A stretch of 64,000 nucleotides of DNA from the NCBI GenBank assembly GCA_037139735.1, contig JBAXFU010000001.1, forward strand, positions 4,603-68,602, given 5' to 3'. Made by a program: the position numbers and the translations under genes. Of this stretch, positions 59,171-64,000 are shown in pieces. The notes under the pieces were generated by a model. The model did no database searches. It saw only the letters and a program-made list of their open reading frames with translations, and was not told the DNA's origin. The DNA comes from Phycisphaerae bacterium (GTDB lineage: Bacteria; Planctomycetota; Phycisphaerae; Phycisphaerales; UBA1924). Position 1 is the stretch's first letter. Each line of letters opens with the position of its first letter.

Positions 59171-59651
59171 CCGTCAAGTGGAACATCAGATGACGCCGTT
59201 GCAAGCGACGTCGGACACTTTCACGGAATCCTCTCGTCGGTCGATGAGGCATTCAAGCGTCGAAGGGTGCCGCAGGGTCGACGGGCGTGGTTCGCCCAGG
59301 GCTCTGCCTCCCATGCCACCCGCCGCACCCGCCGATGGTGCCCCGATGACGCCGCTTCGCGGAGCGGTACACGACCGCCCGGGGCCCGCGTGTCCTGGTT
59401 CTGTCCGGTATCGGGCCCGCTGAACGCTGCCGCGTCGTGCACCTCGAGGCATGCGTACGCCCGGTGAGTTCGGTGGCCGCAGGCGACAACGATGGCGGGG
59501 CGGGCAAGGGTTCATCCACGGTCCGCGAGGTCGTCCGCTGCGACGCCGCGGGTTCCGTCCGTTCGCACGCGGCCGCTTCTCCAAACGCCCGCGAGTCGCT
59601 CGAACGGCGCGACCGCGACGACGGATCGCCGGATCGACCCGTTGGTCCGCG

Positions 59652-62222
59652 TCAGTCGTCATCGTCCTTGCGGTGCTCGAACAGGAAGGCCGCTCGAACG
59701 GGCGGAGGCATCGGGCTGTCTGGGCCCTTGACCGACTTCCAGACGACCTCGTTGAGCAGCAGGTCGTCGGCCGCGTCCTCCTTGGCGAGATCGAACTCCG
59801 CCGACATCTCGGCGCCCCACGCCCCGACCACGTTCCGCTCGTTCACGTCCACGACGGGCGGCCGGATCGCGTAGGGGCGAGTGTCGGCTTGCGCCCGGAA
59901 ACTGCGGTACATCGGGAGAGCGGCGGCGTCGAACTGGCTCATCGGCTGCAATCCGAGGATCAACTCGATGGTGCGGAGCATGCTCGACGTCGAGTAGAGC
60001 GACGAGTCCACCGAGCCTCGCCTCGAGTAGGGACTGATGGCCAACGCCACCGTGCGATGCGCATCGACGTGGTCCGACCCGTTCTGGGCGTCGTCTTCCA
60101 CGACGAAGATCGCGGTGCTCGGCCAGAACTTCGACTTCGACACGCCCTCCACCACCATCCCCATCGCGAGGTCGTTGTCCGCGACGCACGCAGTAGGCGT
60201 TCGGCTGCCCGCTCGCGTGCCCGCGGTGTGGTCGTTGGGCAGCCGCACGATGCACAACTGCGGCATGTCGCCCTCGGCCTCGAAGCGCTTGAGTTCGGCG
60301 AGGAACCGTTCGGCTCGCCTCACGTCCGGGTAGTCCATGTCGAAACTCCGGAACATCGGATCGAAGTGGCCCTCGAGCGCGTCGGCCTTGGCGGTTCCGG
60401 GCGAGTCGGCGGTCGGACCGTTCTCCACCCATTCGCCATAGCTGCGATAGGTCACGCCCGCCTCCTTGCACCGATCCCACAGGTGTCCACCCGCGCCGTC
60501 GGCGATCGCGAACGCACCCTCGGACGGATAGGCCAACTCGCGGTGCTTCGGCCGCGACCCGCGATAGGTCAGGGGCCAGGTCTTCTCGACGAAGTCGGTC
60601 GCATACGCGCCCATCGACCACTCGTGCCCGTCGGCGCTGACTTCGCCGTCGACGTAGAAATTGTCGAGCAGGACGAACTCCCGCGCCAGCGCGTGATGGT
60701 TGGGCGTCACCCGCTCCGGAAACAGGCACAGATTCGCGTCGCCCTTGCCCTCGCTCATGTCGCCGAAGACCTGGTCGTACGTCCGGTTCTCCTTGATCAC
60801 GTAGATCACGTGGCGGATGGGGCTCTTCCCGCCGATGCTCGCCGGAATCGGATTGTCGGCCTCGCGCGCCTCAGCCCTCGCCGCCGCATCCCGACGCAGC
60901 GGCGTCGCCGCGTACGCCTCGCGCGTGTACCGCTCCATCGACTTGGCATTGGGCGACTTGACGAACCCCAACGTCCCCCGCATGAGTCCGCCGATGTACT
61001 CCCGCACGCCTCCAGGCGAGGAGACCAGCGGGTTCGGGCCGTGCCGGTTGGACCGGGGCATGACGCCCTTGCCGTTCGCGTAGACGAGCGAACCGTCGGG
61101 AAGGAACCGAACCGAGGTCGGGTACCACCCCGCGGGCACGAAGCCCGTCGATCGCGCATGCCCCGCCTCGCTCACGTCGAAGATCGCGATGTTGTTCGCG
61201 TCCGCGTTCGCCACCGCCAGCATCGTTCCGTCCGCGTTGAGCGAGACGCTCTGGGGCGTGTTTCCGGAGGGAACCCCGGGATAGAGCGCGCAGTCGATCA
61301 CTTCCATCGTTCGCCCCGTCGACGTGTCGATCGCGGCCACCTTGGTGCTGTTCGAGCACGCCACGTAGAGGATGTGGCCCCGGGGCGATTGCACCATCTC
61401 GGTCGGGTGGCTCGGCGTCGCCCAACGTTCCTTCACATCGCCCGTCTTGAGATCGACCGTCGCGACCGCCGCACCGCCCCACAGGGAGACGAAGGCCCGG
61501 TCGGGGTCGTCCCGGTCGGCCACGGCCGCGTATGGATACGTGCCCTTGCCCAAGTCGATCAGACGGGCGTCGCCCACGTCCTTGGCGTCCGTGATCGCGA
61601 GCTTCCCTCCCCACGAGCCGCACACCAGCAGCCGCGAGCCGTCCTCCGTCGTGCCGATCCCCGTCGTCACGAAGCTCGTGGCGGGGTCGACCACCCGCAA
61701 CGAACACCCATCGGACAGCAGGCCCTTGGCGAAGGCGAACGAATGCACCACGTCCTCCTCGCCACCGCTGACGAACAGCCGCGACCCGTCCGGGCTGAAG
61801 CAGCCGCCATAGAACGTCTGCGGCAGCGGGACGCGACAGGTGATCGACCTGGTCTTGACGTCTACCACGATCACCTCATGGGTGCCGTGCCCCGAGTGGA
61901 CCACCGCCGCGTGCGTGCACGCCGGGTTCAACACGACGTTCACGGGAAAGTCCCCCACTTCGACCTGAGGACCCGCCGGGCGAAGCGACCACTGGTTGGG
62001 CAGTTGCACGCGCCCGTCGGGCTGAAGCCCCGGCAGTACCCGCCATGGAGCGGCCGCGTCGGACGCCGTTGCACCCGCCGGCGATTCGGGCGGATTGGCG
62101 CCCTCCAGCCGCTCGGGCCGTTCCGGCTTGGCCTCTTGGGCGAGCACGTCGCCTCCCGTGGCCAGGAACGTGGCGATCGCGGCGAGCAGGCGGGTCATCG
62201 GCGACATCGATGCGTGAATCAT
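59652..62222 (-). CDS. Beta-propeller (YncE-like) / phosphoesterase-family (AcpA/PLC-type) fusion protein
   Basis: Signal sequence and N-terminal propeller repeats. C-terminal IRHVIYVIKENRTYDQVFGD and DGHEWSMG are hallmarks of the phosphoesterase family (PF04185-type). Confidence 0.85.
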   Translation of the reverse strand: MIHASMSPMTRLLAAIATFLATGGDVLAQEAKPERPERLEGANPPESPAGATASDAAAPWRVLPGLQPDGRVQLPNQWSLRPAGPQVEVGDFPVNVVLNPACTHAAVVHSGHGTHEVIVVDVKTRSITCRVPLPQTFYGGCFSPDGSRLFVSGGEEDVVHSFAFAKGLLSDGCSLRVVDPATSFVTTGIGTTEDGSRLLVCGSWGGKLAITDAKDVGDARLIDLGKGTYPYAAVADRDDPDRAFVSLWGGAAVATVDLKTGDVKERWATPSHPTEMVQSPRGHILYVACSNSTKVAAIDTSTGRTMEVIDCALYPGVPSGNTPQSVSLNADGTMLAVANADANNIAIFDVSEAGHARSTGFVPAGWYPTSVRFLPDGSLVYANGKGVMPRSNRHGPNPLVSSPGGVREYIGGLMRGTLGFVKSPNAKSMERYTREAYAATPLRRDAAARAEAREADNPIPASIGGKSPIRHVIYVIKENRTYDQVFGDMSEGKGDANLCLFPERVTPNHHALAREFVLLDNFYVDGEVSADGHEWSMGAYATDFVEKTWPLTYRGSRPKHRELAYPSEGAFAIADGAGGHLWDRCKEAGVTYRSYGEWVENGPTADSPGTAKADALEGHFDPMFRSFDMDYPDVRRAERFLAELKRFEAEGDMPQLCIVRLPNDHTAGTRAGSRTPTACVADNDLAMGMVVEGVSKSKFWPSTAIFVVEDDAQNGSDHVDAHRTVALAISPYSRRGSVDSSLYSTSSMLRTIELILGLQPMSQFDAAALPMYRSFRAQADTRPYAIRPPVVDVNERNVVGAWGAEMSAEFDLAKEDAADDLLLNEVVWKSVKGPDSPMPPPVRAAFLFEHRKDDDD

Positions 62223-62441
62223 GCTTCACCGTAGAACGGCCCTTCGCCCGCGTGGAACCCCCGGCCACGTTTCTTGCGCTCTTCATCCCCGCTGAATGCA
62301 GGCGTGTCGGGAGTCGGGGGTCGACTGGCGGCGGTTCCTTCCTGAACGCCCGCGTCAAACCGGCCCGTCCATCAGGCTGTCGTTGGCATGCCGCGACGTA
62401 CACGCCGCGACGGAGACGATCAACGTCGGCGAGCCGAAGCA

Positions 62442-62939
62442 TCACTCCGGTCGCCAAGAGTCGATCGCCGCACTCCACTCGTCGTATGCGTGGCTATCGC
62501 CGCGCTCGAACGCAGCGTCTCGCATCGCCGCCGCGAACCGCATGGCGGCGGCATGCTGCGGCCCGTCGAGCGACCACCGCTCCTCGAACCGTCGACGCCC
62601 CTTCGCCTTGACCGGCCGACGAAACTGCCACGCAAGCGAACCAACCTCGCTGCCCTTGACCATCCGCCACATGGCCGCCGCGAGGTAATAGCGAAATCCC
62701 ACGGGATCGAGAAACGCCCAGCCGCCGATCGCCGCATCGGGGTTCCACCCCTCGTCGGCGGCGACATCCTGCCAAGTCCGGTCGTCGTCGCGATGGGTGA
62801 TGAAGAAGTCCTTCCCTGCCACGCCCATGAGGTCGAGCGAGATGGAGTCGGTCCAGGAAGTGCCGCCGGCGCGGGTGACGCCTTCGAACGCCGAGCGGAG
62901 CGTCCGTTCAAGATCCATGAGATCCGGGGGGCCGGCCAT
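62442..62939 (-). CDS. Hypothetical protein (165 aa)
   Basis: ATG at 62939 (MAGPPDLMDLERTL...). Trp-rich soluble protein with no confident domain. Confidence 0.5.
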   Translation of the reverse strand: MAGPPDLMDLERTLRSAFEGVTRAGGTSWTDSISLDLMGVAGKDFFITHRDDDRTWQDVAADEGWNPDAAIGGWAFLDPVGFRYYLAAAMWRMVKGSEVGSLAWQFRRPVKAKGRRRFEERWSLDGPQHAAAMRFAAAMRDAAFERGDSHAYDEWSAAIDSWRPE

Positions 62940-63104
62940 CGGGATGATTGCCTCAAGCGGGAAGCGGCGGGAGCGACGGCCGGCTGGCCTTGCGCCTTGA
63001 GGCGGGTGCCACGGTTTGCGCGATCGCCACGACACCTTCCTGCCACGACGTCATGGAATCATACATCGCGCTGCGAAGCACAACGCCTCGCGTGATTGAG
63101 GCAA

Positions 63105-63176
63105 AGCGGGTGAAGGGGATCGAACCCTCGACATTCAGCTTGGGAAGCTGACGTTCTACCGCTGAACTACACCCGC
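63105..63176 (-). tRNA. tRNA-Gly (anticodon CCC)
   Basis: The reverse complement gcgggtgtagttcagcggtagaacgtcagcttCCCaagctgaatgtcgagggttcgatccccttcacccgct has acceptor gcgggtg/cacccgc and anticodon stem tcagc/gctga. Confidence 0.92.
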
Positions 63177-63225
63177 GGCCGGTCGATTGTACCCCTTCGC
63201 GGCCGGTGGCGGCGGTTGAGCGGGG

Positions 63226-64000
63226 TCAGGCCGCCAGAAGGTCGGCGATCTGGATGGCGTTTTGGGCCGCGCCCTTGCGGAGTTGGTCGCCGCAGAGCCA
63301 GAGGCACCAGTGGCGGGAGCGGCCCGTCGCGTCGAGGCCGGCGGCGGGGTCGACCCGGATGCGGCCCACGAGCACGTCGTTTCCGCCCGCTGCCTTCAGG
63401 GGCGTGGGGAAGCGGTTGCCGCCGCGGTCGTCGACGACGCGGACGCCCGGTTCGCCCTCGAACGCGCGGCGGACCTCCTCTTCGGTCGCTGGACGGCCGA
63501 GCCGCACGGCGCAGCTCTCGCTATGGGCGCGGAAGACGGGCACGCGGATGCACGTGGGGGTGATGGTCACGTTCGCATCGCCCCAGATCTTGTGCGTCTC
63601 CTTGATGAGCTTGAGTTCCTCGACGTTGAGCCCGGTAGCCGGGTCGACCTGGCTGTTGTGGCTGAAGACGTTGAAGGCGCACTGCTCGGAGAAGACCTTG
63701 GTCTCGACCGGCTTGCCCGCGAGATGCTGCTCGACCTGCGCACGAAGTTCGTCCATCGCCGCGGCACCCGCTCCGGACACCGCCTGATACGTCGAGACCG
63801 TGGCGTGCTCGACGCCGAAGCGCTTTCGCCACGGATTGAGCGCCACCAGCATCAGGATCGTCGAGCAGTTCGGGTTGGCGATCAGTCGCGGACTTGTCGG
63901 GTCAGGCACCTCGCCGGGATTCACCTCGGGCACCACCAGCGGCACCGCCGGATCCATGCGGAAGGCCGACGAGTTGTCCACCACGTGACAGCCGGCGGCC
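63226..64000 (-). CDS. asd: Aspartate-semialdehyde dehydrogenase, C-terminal part (5' end beyond window)
   Basis: VVDNSSAFRMD, active-site NPNCSTI and STYQAVSGAG. The frame stays open to the window edge. Confidence 0.9.
   Translation of the reverse strand, partial: AAGCHVVDNSSAFRMDPAVPLVVPEVNPGEVPDPTSPRLIANPNCSTILMLVALNPWRKRFGVEHATVSTYQAVSGAGAAAMDELRAQVEQHLAGKPVETKVFSEQCAFNVFSHNSQVDPATGLNVEELKLIKETHKIWGDANVTITPTCIRVPVFRAHSESCAVRLGRPATEEEVRRAFEGEPGVRVVDDRGGNRFPTPLKAAGGNDVLVGRIRVDPAAGLDATGRSRHWCLWLCGDQLRKGAAQNAIQIADLLAA

Noticed and set aside
59451-62234. 927-aa plus-strand ORF
   Set aside because: It is antisense to the propeller/phosphoesterase fusion, which carries the IKENRTYDQVFGD hallmark. 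Its own translation is Arg/His/Pro-rich junk.

Overview
This is a very GC-rich chromosomal window (GC judged by eye, not computed) with about 52 protein genes and 3 tRNAs. All identifications come from motifs read in the supplied translations, with no database search. Start codons were checked against the nucleotide sequence, because many track ORFs are 5'-over-extended or fused to shadow frames.

Lineage: three hallmarks suggest Planctomycetota, probably Phycisphaerae-like (inference).
- Prepilin-type '[11 protein letters not shown]' N-termini.
- PEP-CTERM-like tails.
- Cys-bracketed dockerin-like C-termini ending in GGC.

Housekeeping content:
- rmuC (partial) and lipB.
- A nusA-infB-DUF503-rbfA operon.
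- yebC, hutH, an HtrA-family protease, panB, xylB, ligA, apaG-thiS-thiG and asd (partial).
- tRNA-Lys(CTT), tRNA-Leu(GAG) and tRNA-Gly(CCC).

Accessory content:
- A CsoR-controlled envelope copper locus with a recognisable operator.
- A GH94 phosphorylase/ABC sugar operon with an embedded pseudopilin-like gene and an orphan LacI-type operator.
- Four unrelated secreted proteins sharing a dockerin-like tail.
- Three proteins sharing a P-[AS]-P-G-A PEP-CTERM variant.
- A phosphoesterase cluster (PhoD plus a beta-propeller/phosphoesterase fusion).
- A 690-bp gene-free nest of repeats.

I found no clear-cut defence island, prophage, CRISPR array or biosynthetic cluster. The most novel-looking candidates are the surface-anchoring modules and the pseudopilin-containing glycan locus, and both are flagged as hypotheses.
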